Shown piece by piece: positions 38,614 through 48,836 of a stretch of 52,943 bases of DNA. Position 1 is the first letter of the stretch. Each line of letters starts with the position of its first letter. Origin of the DNA: an uncultured cyanobacterium. GTDB lineage: Bacteria > Cyanobacteriota > Cyanobacteriia > Leptolyngbyales > Leptolyngbyaceae. The notes under the pieces were generated by a model. That model made no database searches and had not been told where the DNA came from. It saw only the letters and a program-made list of their open reading frames with translations. Made by a program: the position numbers and the translations under genes. Location of the stretch: assembly GCA_963766075.1 (NCBI GenBank), contig CAVYAN010000001.1, forward strand, positions 1-52,943, in the 5' to 3' direction.

Positions 38614-39483
38614 ATGACGACCTACAACACCATTTCGATTGACGGTTTGAATATTTTTTATCGGGAAGCAGGCTCAAGGGAGAATCCCACCATTGTGCTA
38701 TTGCACGGATATCCGGCATCCTCTCACATGTATCGAGAGCTGATCACTGAGTTATCTGATCAGTTTCACTTAATTGCGCCCGATTATCCCGGTTTTGGCA
38801 ACAGTGATACACCCGCGATCTCTGAATTTGAATACAGCTTTGATCATCTTGCTGACATTACTGAGCATTTCCTCCAAGCCTTGGGATTGACTCGATTCAG
38901 TTTGTATGTACAGGATTATGGCGCACCGGTGGGGTTTCGGATCGCCACCCGCCATCCCGAATGGATTCAAGCCTTGATTGTCCAGAATGGCAATGCCTAT
39001 GAAGAGGGATTGACTCCAGCGTGGCAAGCCTTTCGCAATCTGTGGAGCGAAAGGTCAGCGGCCACCGAAGCCCCAGTGCGCGATTTCCTCAAGCGGGATA
39101 CGACCATTTTCTTCTACACGGCTGGGGTGCGCGATCGCCAGAATATCAACCCCGACAACTGGAATCTCGATCAATCCTTCTTGGATCGCCCAGAGAATGC
39201 AGCGGCCCAACTGGAACTGTTCTACAACTATCGGGCAAACCTGGAGCAATATCCCCAATGGCATGAGTACTTCCGCACCCACCAACCACCCACGCTAATT
39301 GTTTGGGGCAAAAATGATCCGTTTTTTGGTCCAGAGGGTGCCCAAGCATTCCAGCGGGATCTGAAAACGATTGAGGTGCATCTCCTCGATACGGGGCATT
39401 TTGTCCTGGATGAAGAAGGTGAAGCGATCGCTGCCCACATTCGCCGCTTTTTACCTGCTCACGCTACTTCATGGGGGAATTAA
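38614..39483 (+). CDS. Alpha/beta hydrolase (epoxide hydrolase/dehalogenase-like, Asp nucleophile)
   Basis: AAGGAG RBS at 38601; LHGYP, APDYPGFG, QDYGAP, DTGHF. Confidence 0.9.
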   Translation: MTTYNTISIDGLNIFYREAGSRENPTIVLLHGYPASSHMYRELITELSDQFHLIAPDYPGFGNSDTPAISEFEYSFDHLADITEHFLQALGLTRFSLYVQDYGAPVGFRIATRHPEWIQALIVQNGNAYEEGLTPAWQAFRNLWSERSAATEAPVRDFLKRDTTIFFYTAGVRDRQNINPDNWNLDQSFLDRPENAAAQLELFYNYRANLEQYPQWHEYFRTHQPPTLIVWGKNDPFFGPEGAQAFQRDLKTIEVHLLDTGHFVLDEEGEAIAAHIRRFLPAHATSWGN

Positions 39484-39711
39484 TTCCAGTGGCCCTCGCA
39501 CAAGGCTTTGCTTAAATCCTGGTGTTCGGACAAATCCGCCGGGATCAGGAAATTCGAGCAAGAGTGGCAGCCGCAATCCTTGAGAGCGTTTAGTCCAGAA
39601 ATGAGGTAGGTAGTACCTGCCCCATTTCTAGCTCATACTGTACCCTCACCCACCTGAGAACCGCTATTATCTGATCAATCCTTTGCCAAGCCGTGCTATC
39701 GAGGCTCCTCT

Positions 39712-40353
39712 ATGAAATTGATTTCGGTCTGTGTTGGGCTACCGCGTGAGGTGACCTGGAAGGGAAAGCCGGTCACGACTGGTATTTTTAAACAGCCAAT
39801 TGATCACCGAGTGATGATGCGATCGCTCAATCTAGACGGCGATCGGCAGGCGGATTTGACGGTCCATGGCGGTGTCGAGAAAGCGATTTACGCCTATCCC
39901 ATGGAGCATTACGCCTACTGGCGGCAGGAACTCCCCAATGAGACGTTGCCTTGGGGTGCGTTTGGCGAAAACCTGACGATTGAGGGCTTGTCAGAAACAA
40001 CGGTGAATATCGGCGATCGCTTTCGCATTGGCACCGCCGAAGTCATGGTGACGCAGCCCCGGTTCCCTTGCTTCAAACTCAACCTCAAGTTTGAGCGCGA
40101 TGATATGGTTAAACGGTTTCTGGACAGCCGTTTGAGCGGCATTTACTTTTCAGTGGTGCAAGAAGGGGAAGTGGGTACAGGCGACGCGATCGAACTGGTG
40201 AGGCGCGACGAAAACAACATCACGGTTGCTGACATCGTACAAATATACGTGCATGAAGCGAATGATGATCTAATCCGCCGTGCCATTCAGGTGCCGGCTT
40301 TGGCAGCCGATCTGAAGACTTACTTTCAGAAGCAAATTGAACACCGCCATTAA
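39712..40353 (+). CDS. MOSC domain protein (YiiM-like, 3-alpha C-terminus)
   Basis: TGIFK, GDRQAD..VHGG, FGENLT, QPRFPCFK. Confidence 0.9.
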   Translation: MKLISVCVGLPREVTWKGKPVTTGIFKQPIDHRVMMRSLNLDGDRQADLTVHGGVEKAIYAYPMEHYAYWRQELPNETLPWGAFGENLTIEGLSETTVNIGDRFRIGTAEVMVTQPRFPCFKLNLKFERDDMVKRFLDSRLSGIYFSVVQEGEVGTGDAIELVRRDENNITVADIVQIYVHEANDDLIRRAIQVPALAADLKTYFQKQIEHRH

Positions 40354-40396
40354 CCCGCCGCTAAAAATCGCTCGAACTTAAAAAACCTTCAGAAGC

Positions 40397-40585
40397 GTTC
40401 TCATTTTCCGTAGGAACGTTCTCATTTCAAACAGAGCTGTTCTCATTTCCGGTAGGAATATTCTCATTTTCCGCAGGAATGTGCTCATCCCAAACAGAAC
40501 GGTTCTTACTGCAAGCAGAATTGTCTTTAGCTTGACTAGGAGCAGTCGCAGTTTGAGCGGGAAAAGTCGCGAGATGGTGGGAACT
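40397..40585. repeat. Degenerate 21-bp tandem array
   Basis: Units start at 40397, 40418, 40439, 40460, 40481, 40502 with consensus GTTCTCATTT..NNAGRAN; array decays toward 40585. Confidence 0.85.
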
Positions 40586-40826
40586 CGGATATTTCATTTT
40601 AAAGCCAGCAGAGTATTTCTTAGAAGCCATTGCATCTCCAATTCTGAATTAATTCATCTGGGTGAGATAACCTTGGCTGCCTCACCTTTTTTCTGACTGA
40701 ACGGTTCTCATGCTGCATGAAAAACTAGTTGGCGGCGATCGTGCATAAAGAGTGAATACTGCCCGCAGAAAGCAGCAGGAACCTCATGGTTCTGTATTGA
40801 TTCCATTTATTGCAGGAGATTTTTTC

Positions 40827-43655
40827 ATGCAAGTTCTCGATCGCAACTTCACGAAAACCTACGACCTATCGGCGACCAAGCGAGACTTTACCTACACGAC
40901 AATGGTGCGTCACCAGGGAACGGTCATCGCGTTTGCCATGGATAATCAGCAGCAAATCTACTACACAGTGCTGGATATGGAACAGGCAAGCGCGATCGAT
41001 ACCCTCGATGCGGACTGTTGGACAATTGAACCGCAACGACTGCCCTTTCCCAAGGAAATTGCTCAGATTGGCTACGGAGCAGCGGGTGTTCACGCCATGC
41101 CAGCAGTCCGCACGGAGGGCACTGGAGAAATCGATCCCTTTCTTTTATCCACCGCACGACTAACGGCGAATGTGCCCTTTCAAGTCCTGTCTGATGAAAA
41201 GCATGTGTATGTGTTTCGCCAATCGATCGCCGACAACGATCCGAGAATGGCCAAACAAAACAATGTGGCGATTGTCAATAACACGCTGTTGCTGGATCGG
41301 TTTGTCTATCGCAATGGGATGCTGAACCTGAAGCTGGAAGTGCGGTATCAGCGCAGCCGCAAGAAAGATATTCCGGCCAACCGCAAAGATGCTCTGGGTT
41401 ATGAGGGTCTGGAGAAAAAGCCATTTTATGAACCGACTCAGGAGCTGGATTTTATTCGCAACCTGGAAGGTGGCAAGTTTAGTGCTTTGCTAGTGCCAAC
41501 TCATTTACCCGATGTCCAGCGCTGGCAATTTTTTGCTTATAACAGCAAGACTCAGCGCATGGATTCCTTCAATATTGAGCGATCGCCAGATGGATTGTTC
41601 AATACCAAGGGCACTCGCTACTACACCAGTCCTGCTCTAGAGCATCAAAAGGATGTGTATGAACGCAATCCGGCGGGGACTTGTCCATTTACCAACAAGC
41701 CGTTGATTCCGCTCGTGAGTGAGTCTGGGTTTGCAGAATCTGCCTTGCAGTTTGATGGCGTGGATGATTATGGACAGATTCCGGCCTCCGACCACCTCAA
41801 AGCCACTACCCAAAAAGACTTCACGGTTGAAGTTTGGCTGAAGGCGACCCCTGTGGCCATGCAGCTTCAGACCGATACGCGCAGCATTGTAGACGCCGGA
41901 ACCGGAGACGGGGCATTTCCCTATGCGATTCGTTACATCAATGCGGGTATCAATGCGGGCAAGGTGCAAGTTGAGAGATCGGATGGCTCCAACCTGATGG
42001 CGATCGTCTCCCAGCGATCGCTAAACGACGGGAAATTTCACCACTGTGCGTTGGTTAAGCAAGGTGCGGAACTTGTGCTCTATCTGGATGGAGAAGACGT
42101 TGGCAAAACCACGGACACCTACACCGGCAACGTGGCAACCAAGGACTGGCTATTTGTGGGCAGCCAGAACGGCAGGGCAAAATTCTTCTCAGGGCAAATC
42201 GATGAAGTGCGGATCTGGAGTCGGGCGCGATCGCCCAGAGAACTGACCGAAGAGATGCACTATCGTCTGGTGGGCAACGAGCCGGAGTTGGTCGGCTACT
42301 GGCGCATGGATGAGGGCGCTGGCACGGTGATTTCCGATCAAACCGATGCGGCCAACCATGGGTAACTGTTCACTCTCAATCCCACCGCCCTTATTCAGAT
42401 TGAGTCCGACATTCAACGCTTGAACTTGGAATCTCAACAGCAGGGAGGGCGCGTGGCTAGGTTATCAGGGGAAGTTAGCGTGCAGGACTTGTTGGGCAAG
42501 AACTATTGGCGATTGCTCTCACCCGATGCCAAAGCCGCAGAGCAAAAACTGGCAACCTTGCAGCAGGAACTTTTACAACAGGAAAGTCTGCTCACATCGC
42601 AGCAATTACAACTCGTACAATGGCAACGGCAACAGCAGGAACTCAAGCAGCAGCAGATGACAGCCGCCAAAGCCCTGTGGGTGAACTCTACCGCTCCCGT
42701 GGGTGAGCATCCGGGAATTCGCCGTTTCAGCTTTAGCATTGCTGGCAGGACGATCGCCACTGGCTGTACTGCCCTTCTCTACTATCAGCAAGAACAGGCT
42801 GAAACGGGCTACACCGCGATCGAGAAAAAGCCGATCAAACGCAATGCCCGTGTCATGCTGGCAGTGGCGACCGTCGCCAATCCCGCCACTCAAGGTTCAA
42901 CTGACCCCGCCAAAAACCAGATTGCGGTGCTGGATTTCGCCGTTTCCCGTGTCGGGAGTTTAGCGCAGGTGGCTGATAGCATTACCCTGCCGCTGATTGA
43001 CAAATCCACCACCGGCAGTGATTCACTCAACCCAACTCTGGAGAACATTCAGAAACTGGAGGCTGACATCCTGCAACTGAGAACAGAGATCAGCACCATC
43101 GAGAACGCAAGAGTGCCTTACACTCCCGAAAACTTAATTGTTAACAATATCGCTCTTGTGCCACGGTCCTTGGCAGTGGGTGTCCAGGAGGATTTCTATC
43201 CTCAAATCTGGTTGCAATTCGAGATCACTGTTCCGCCTTCTCTAGAAGTCATTCTGGATTGGATACTCTATCGACTTAGCCAGGAAACTTCACCGCGCAC
43301 CGATGTGATTGCAGGAGGAACAACCTTCCGTCCATTCAATGCAATACCAGGTGTTTGGACAGGTATGGTCAAGCGGTTAACGGTGCGCCGGGCTACTGGC
43401 TCTCAAGCAATCACTGATTTGTCCCAACAGTTGATCCAGAAGCAGTCTGAGCTTGAAAACTTGAAAGACAGCCTGATCCAGGAAGTCAAATTACTAATGC
43501 CCTTTTTGCAAGCTGATCCGGAAGGACTAACGGTAATGGGGGCGCTACTGGGATTTGCCTGGACAGATCACGCTCCGCTCTTGTTTGAAAGAATGATTAT
43601 TCGAGTGGCCTCGCGGGGGATTGGCACGGGCGGCAGTGACGGGGTGACGCGGTGA
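40827..43655 (+). pseudogene. N-terminal part of a large LamG (concanavalin-like) domain protein; in-frame TAA at 42363-42365; apparently truncated near 43590
   Basis: AGGAG RBS; ALQFDGVDDY, FTVEVW, FSGQIDEVRIW, LVGYWRMDEG LamG motifs; ORFs 40752 and 42420 are in the same frame, separated only by one TAA. Confidence 0.7.
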
Positions 43656-43679
43656 CAGGGTGACGCGGTGACAGGGTGA
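43636..43679. repeat. 8-bp short tandem repeat (GTGAC[AG][GC]G), about 5.5 copies, STRR-like
   Basis: gtgacggg gtgacgcg gtgacagg gtgacgcg gtgacagg gtga. Confidence 0.9.
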
Positions 43680-43736
43680 TGGACAGGCGATCGCGATGCA
43701 TGGGCGGCTTCCGCAGGGGATTATCCTGAAGGTAAA

Positions 43737-44825
43737 TCATGCCCACGGCAAGATAGCTCCAATTTTGCAACTACCCACTGAGCGGTTAGACACAAGCATC
43801 GCGATCGCTTCCATGGCCGGACTGTATTGCCCACAGGCCGCCGCACCATTCAGTTGGGCGCGATGAAACAGCGCCTTTTGGGCGGCGACAACATTCGCCT
43901 GCTGCCCCATCCACTGGTGCAACGCCGCCTGCTGGAGCGCCCGCCCATAGGAAAACGTCAACGTCCACGGGAGCTGATCTTTGTACAGGCGGTTCATCGT
44001 ATTGAGGTGGGCCGTGGCCAAGGCATCGTCTTGCCCACCCGACAGAAAGGCACACCCCGGCACCGTAGCTGGCACGCGATTACGCAAGCACGACACCGTC
44101 GCCAAGGCCACCGCCTCGATACTGGCCTGTTGGGGGCAGTCCACTCCGGCAACCACCATGCTGGGTTTTAGAATGATTTGATCGAGCGGAATCCGATAGA
44201 GATACAGTCGCTCAAACACATCATGCAGCACCGCTTGATGCACCTCAAAACTGCGGGCGATCGTATGGTCCCCCTCCATCAAGACTTCAGGCTCAATGAT
44301 GGGAACTAACCCACCCGCCTGACAGAGTGCCGCATAGCGTGCCAAGGCATCGGCATTGGCGGCAATACAGCGCTGGCTTGGCCGATCGGGGCCAATGGTA
44401 ATCACCGCTCGCCACTTGGCAAAGCGTGCGCCTAAACAGTAGTACTCGGCGATGCGATCGCGCAGTCCGTCTAGGCCCTCGGTAATCTGCTCATTGGCAG
44501 CTCCCGCCATGGGCTTGGCCCCGCCATCGAGTTTGATGCCTGGGATGATGCCTGCATCCTGGAGGACTTGCACAAACGGTACCCCATTTTGGGTGGCCTG
44601 ACGAATCGTTTCATCAAACAAAATCACACTGCTAAAATAATTCTCGATCCCCGGCGCGGTAAACAGCATTTCACGATAGGCACGACGCATCTGTCTTGTT
44701 TGTGGAATCCCCAGAGTTTGAAATCGCCGATTGGCCGTCCCCAAACTTTCATCCGCCGCCAGGATGCCCTTCCCCGCTGCAACCATCGCCTTTGCCGTCG
44801 CTTGTAGCTCTGTTGTGAACGTCAT
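43737..44825 (-). CDS. Fructose-bisphosphate aldolase class I (eukaryote-like glycolytic family)
   Basis: GKGILAADES, AKWR, PIIEPE, LKPSMV (Schiff-base Lys), FLSGG, FSYGRALQ; AGGAGG RBS. Confidence 0.93.
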   Translation of the reverse strand: MTFTTELQATAKAMVAAGKGILAADESLGTANRRFQTLGIPQTRQMRRAYREMLFTAPGIENYFSSVILFDETIRQATQNGVPFVQVLQDAGIIPGIKLDGGAKPMAGAANEQITEGLDGLRDRIAEYYCLGARFAKWRAVITIGPDRPSQRCIAANADALARYAALCQAGGLVPIIEPEVLMEGDHTIARSFEVHQAVLHDVFERLYLYRIPLDQIILKPSMVVAGVDCPQQASIEAVALATVSCLRNRVPATVPGCAFLSGGQDDALATAHLNTMNRLYKDQLPWTLTFSYGRALQQAALHQWMGQQANVVAAQKALFHRAQLNGAAACGQYSPAMEAIAMLVSNRSVGSCKIGAILPWA

Positions 44826-44909
44826 GACATGGCCTCCTGAGAATGTAGAGATGATGTAGGATTCGTCATTTCGTTCAGTATTTCGTTTAGCATTTGCATT
44901 GATATTGCA

Positions 44910-44986
44910 TCAGACATTGCCAAGATAATTCCAAGATATGCCTAAGATGTTTACAAGATATTTTCAAGACATTGCCAAAATATTAT
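44910..44986. repeat. Seven 11-bp phased direct repeats (CAAGAYAWTNN)
   Basis: tcagacattgc caagataattc caagatatgcc taagatgttta caagatatttt caagacattgc caaaatattat. Confidence 0.75.
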
Positions 44987-45060
44987 CCAATGGCAATTGA
45001 ATCAAGGCATTACCCATTGGGCAATTGAAATCGAAAATGGCCCGTTTGAGTGGGATCATT

Positions 45061-45699
45061 TCAGGTGCCGGGACGTGTGAGCAGCCGCGCATTTAGATGG
45101 GCGCGATCGCCCAAACGCTCTAATAAAGGGCCGTGGACTTCAAAGCGAATCACGCTCACGGAGCCAACTAACACATTGATGCGATCGCGGTAACGCCCAA
45201 GGTCGATCCCCAGGAGACTGCATAAAATAATCCGAATCGTGGCTTTGTGAGAAACCACCAAAACATTGCCCTCCTGGAATATAGCTTCGATTTCGGAAAT
45301 TATCGGCACGGCGCGACTGGCCAATTGCACGGCAGTTTCGCCAGCCGTCGGCGGGTTCCAGGCAGGTTCAGTCAGCCAGCGCACATAGTCCTCAGCATAG
45401 TGTTCTTTCACCCAGGCGGTAGTTTGTCCTTCCCACAGTCCATAATGCAGTTCTTTTAAGCCCGCCCGCAATTCCATCTCGATGCCCATGGCTTGGCAGA
45501 GGGGGGTCGCCGTGGCGATCGTGCGCTGCATCGGGCTGACATAAACCGCTTGCCACGGCACGGTACCATAAGCTTCGGCAAAGGCTGTGGCCATTTGTAC
45601 GCCATCTGCTGTCAATTTCGGATCGAGATCGCCGCAGTAGCCTCCGGTTTGACTGTAGACCGTTTCGCCATGCCGGAGCAAATAAAGTGTCAAACTCAT
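45061..45699 (-). CDS. Histidine phosphatase (phosphoglycerate mutase-like) family protein
   Basis: LLRHGET, SPMQRT, E..YG.WEG, VVSHK. Confidence 0.9.
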   Translation of the reverse strand: MSLTLYLLRHGETVYSQTGGYCGDLDPKLTADGVQMATAFAEAYGTVPWQAVYVSPMQRTIATATPLCQAMGIEMELRAGLKELHYGLWEGQTTAWVKEHYAEDYVRWLTEPAWNPPTAGETAVQLASRAVPIISEIEAIFQEGNVLVVSHKATIRIILCSLLGIDLGRYRDRINVLVGSVSVIRFEVHGPLLERLGDRAHLNARLLTRPGT

Positions 45700-45840
45700 C
45701 CCGTCGCCCTCAATTACTTTGCATGGACTCACCGACTTGACTCACCTAATTGACGAATAGCCAGATTGACTCAGCTAATTGACTCAGCTAATTGACTCAG
45801 GCGATTTCCAAGAAATAATATGCCCACTGAATAATAGATC

Positions 45841-45948
45841 CACTGGCTACCCGGCGGGAAGCAAACTACGACTCCGCTCCGCCAACGAAAGACCGCTCCC
45901 TGAGCGGAGTCGGGAGTGCTCCCTTCGACTCCGCTCAGGGAGCGGTCT
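45841..45948. repeat. REP/MITE-like palindromic element, copy A
   Basis: Perfect 23-bp stem 45890-45912/45926-45948; the first 67 nt match the reverse complement of 51833-51899. Confidence 0.8.
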
Positions 45949-46393
45949 GTGACGGAACCGATGAAAATAGTCTGCGGCTCAATGTTTGGCTCAATGTTTT
46001 CTGTCCAATCTACTCTGCCATAGAAAGGATTGAAATCCTGTTTGTTTGAACGTTTGAATTGAATGATTTGTATGAAAACGTAGTGAAGCTTTACTTATTT
46101 CTGCATGAGTTAAAGATAGTGCTTCAGTCTGAAAATAGGACAAAGCAAAAATTTGGCTAATCAGCTCTCTAATCGACTCTCTAATCGACAACTCCATGCA
46201 AACGAAGTATCGTGTCTAGAGTAGCGATGAACCTGTGTGAATCAGAAGCTCACAGGACGACTTATAAAAGCTACAATGAATCTGCCACTGCACCCACACA
46301 TTATCCAGACCTTGTTCTCTACGTTGATAGCCATGACGTCGCGAACTCCACCCCCTCATTCTGCGGTTCCAGTCTGCTCTGACCGCTATTCCC

Positions 46394-48804
46394 ATGCATA
46401 AACTGATCCAAGCCGTCTTAAACAGCGACGAAAAAAAGGCTCTGCATCAGCTCATCAGCATCCTGAGCGCCTCCGGCAAGCGCTACTTTTTACGGAACGA
46501 GATTCTCCAGACCTTTGCAGATGCCTGTGATGACTTAGCGCAGTCCGGTCATGCGTATCACAGCTCTTCGTTGAGTCAGTTGATGCACTACACCCATGAA
46601 CTGATTTTGGACGGGGACCATATTTGGCTCGTGCTGCGGCCTTGGATTGCCTGCCAGCAGGTATGGCGGCTCACCGCAGACTTAACCAGTAGTGAACAGA
46701 TGACGCTCCAGGCGCTCCTGGATCTGCGCGATCGCCAAGTAAATCGCTATCAGCCCCACATCCTCAACCTGGACTTTAAGCCGTTCTACGCCGGATCCCC
46801 GTCATCGACGACCCCAGAAATGTTGGCCAAGGGCTGGCGTTTCTCAACCGCTACCTGTGCAACAAGCTACTGAATGAATTCCACTACTGGTTAGAGGCCC
46901 TGTTTAATGCCCTGCATGGGCTCGAACAAAACGGCATGCAGCTCTTAATCAGCGATCGCATTCAGTCTGGGGTCGAACTGGCGCACCAAGTTAAGCACGC
47001 CCTCAAGTATTTAGGCGAACAGGCCGCCGATCTCCCCTACGAAAAAGTCCATGCCGATCTGCAAGCCCTGGGGTTTGAACCCGGTTGGGGCAATACCGTA
47101 GCGCGGGCACGGGAAACCCTGGAACTGTTGCATCGCCTGCTCGAAGATCCCGAACCAGCGATTTTAGAAGCCTTTGTGGCGCGGGTTCCTGCGGTTTTTC
47201 GCGTTGTACTCGTTTCCGTACATGGCTGGGTGGGGCAGGAAAGTGTGCTGGGCCGCCCCGAAACCCGCAGTCAAGTCGCCTATGTGCTGGAACAGGCGCG
47301 CAGCCTCGAAAACCAACTGCGCGCCGATATTCAGCAGTCAGGGCTGGACTTGCTGGGCATCCATCCCCAGGTCATCATTCTGACTCGTCTGATTCCCAAC
47401 TGTACGGGCACCCAATGCGAACTGCCCTGGGAAAAAGTAGACAACACCGACTATGCCTGGATTTTGCGTGTCCCGTTCCAGGAATTCAATCCCGCCGTCA
47501 CGCAGAACTGGATTTCTAAGTTTGAGATTTGGCCCTATCTGGAAAGCTTTGCGGTGGATGCTGAGCGGGAACTGCGGGCCAAGCTGGACGGCAACCCCAA
47601 TTTAATCATTGGCAACTACAGTGACGGCAACCTAGTCGCGTCCCTGCTGTCCCGTCGGCTCAACACGATCCAGTGCAACATTGCGCATTCCCTGGAAAAG
47701 CCGAAATACCTCTTCAGCAATCTAAATTGGCAAGATCTAGAGAAGCAATATCACTTTTCCGCCCAATTTACGGCCGATCTGATCAGTATGAATGCCGCCG
47801 ACTTCATCATCACCTCGTCCTATCAGGAAATTATGGGCACACCGGAAATCATGGGGCAGTATGAGTCCTATCAGTGTTTTACAATGCCCAATTTCTATCA
47901 TGTCACCCATGGCATTGACCTGTTTAGTCCCAAGTTCAACCGGGTGCCACCGGGCATCGATCCACAACTCTTCTTTCCCTATAATCAGGCGACAGGACAG
48001 GATCCAGCAGCCCGGGCGCGTGTACACGCACTGATCTTTGAGACGGTAGATGCCCATAGTTTTGGTCATCTCGACCAGCCCGCCAAACGCCCGCTGCTGG
48101 CCGTAGCCCCGATCAACGCCATTAAAAACTTAACGGGGCTAGTGGAATGTTTTGGGCACAGCCCAGAATTGCAGGCGCACTGCAATCTGATTCTGCTCAC
48201 CAATGCGTTGACAGTGGCCGATGCCATGGATGCGGATGAAGCCAGGGAAATTGAAAAGTTGCACACTCTGATTGACCAGTATGCCCTGCACGGACATATC
48301 CGCTGGCTAGGCGTGCGACTGCCCGCGCGCGATCTGGGGGAAGCCTATCGGGCGATCGCCGATCGCCAAGGGATCTTCGTCCACTTTGCCCGATTTGAAG
48401 CCTTTGGCCGCACAATTCTGGAAGCAATGAGTTCGGGATTGCCCACCTTTGCCACACAGTTTGGCGGGCCACTAGAAATTATCCAGGATGGCACAAACGG
48501 CTTTCATATTAACCCGATCGACATAGAAGGAACAGCGGCCAAAATCCTCCACTTTCTCCAGCAGTGCGAGGCCCATCCCGAAACCTGGCACGCGATTTCC
48601 GATCGCGCCATGCAGCACATACAAGAGCAATACAACTGGTCCACCCACACCCGCCAAATCCTCTTGCTCACCAAGGTCTACAGCTTTTGGAACTACATCG
48701 ATGCCGATGGCCGTGACGCACTGCACGGCTACTTAGAAGCCCTCTTCTATCTCCTCTACAAACCCCGCGCCGAGCAGATTTTAGCAGACCATATGCAGCG
48801 GTGA
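46394..48804 (+). pseudogene. susB: Sucrose synthase (SusB-like, GT4), -1 frameshift at the C run 46797-46800
   Basis: YFLRNEIL, GFEPGWGNT, LTRLIP, WISKFEIWPYLE, IIGNYSDGNLVA, IAHSLEK, EAFG.T.LEAM; adding one C restores SPVIDDPRNVGQGLAFLNR. Confidence 0.85.
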
Positions 48805-48836
48805 ACTGAAGCCCCCTCTCTCCCCCTTTCCCCGCA

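Noticed and set aside
43597..43740. 47-codon minus-strand ORF (MIYLQDNPLR...) overlapping the aldolase stop (ATGA), faintly like the cyanobacterial Zwf N-terminus
   Set aside because: Similarity is limited to NPLR and the rest is translated 8-bp repeat; no supportable gene call
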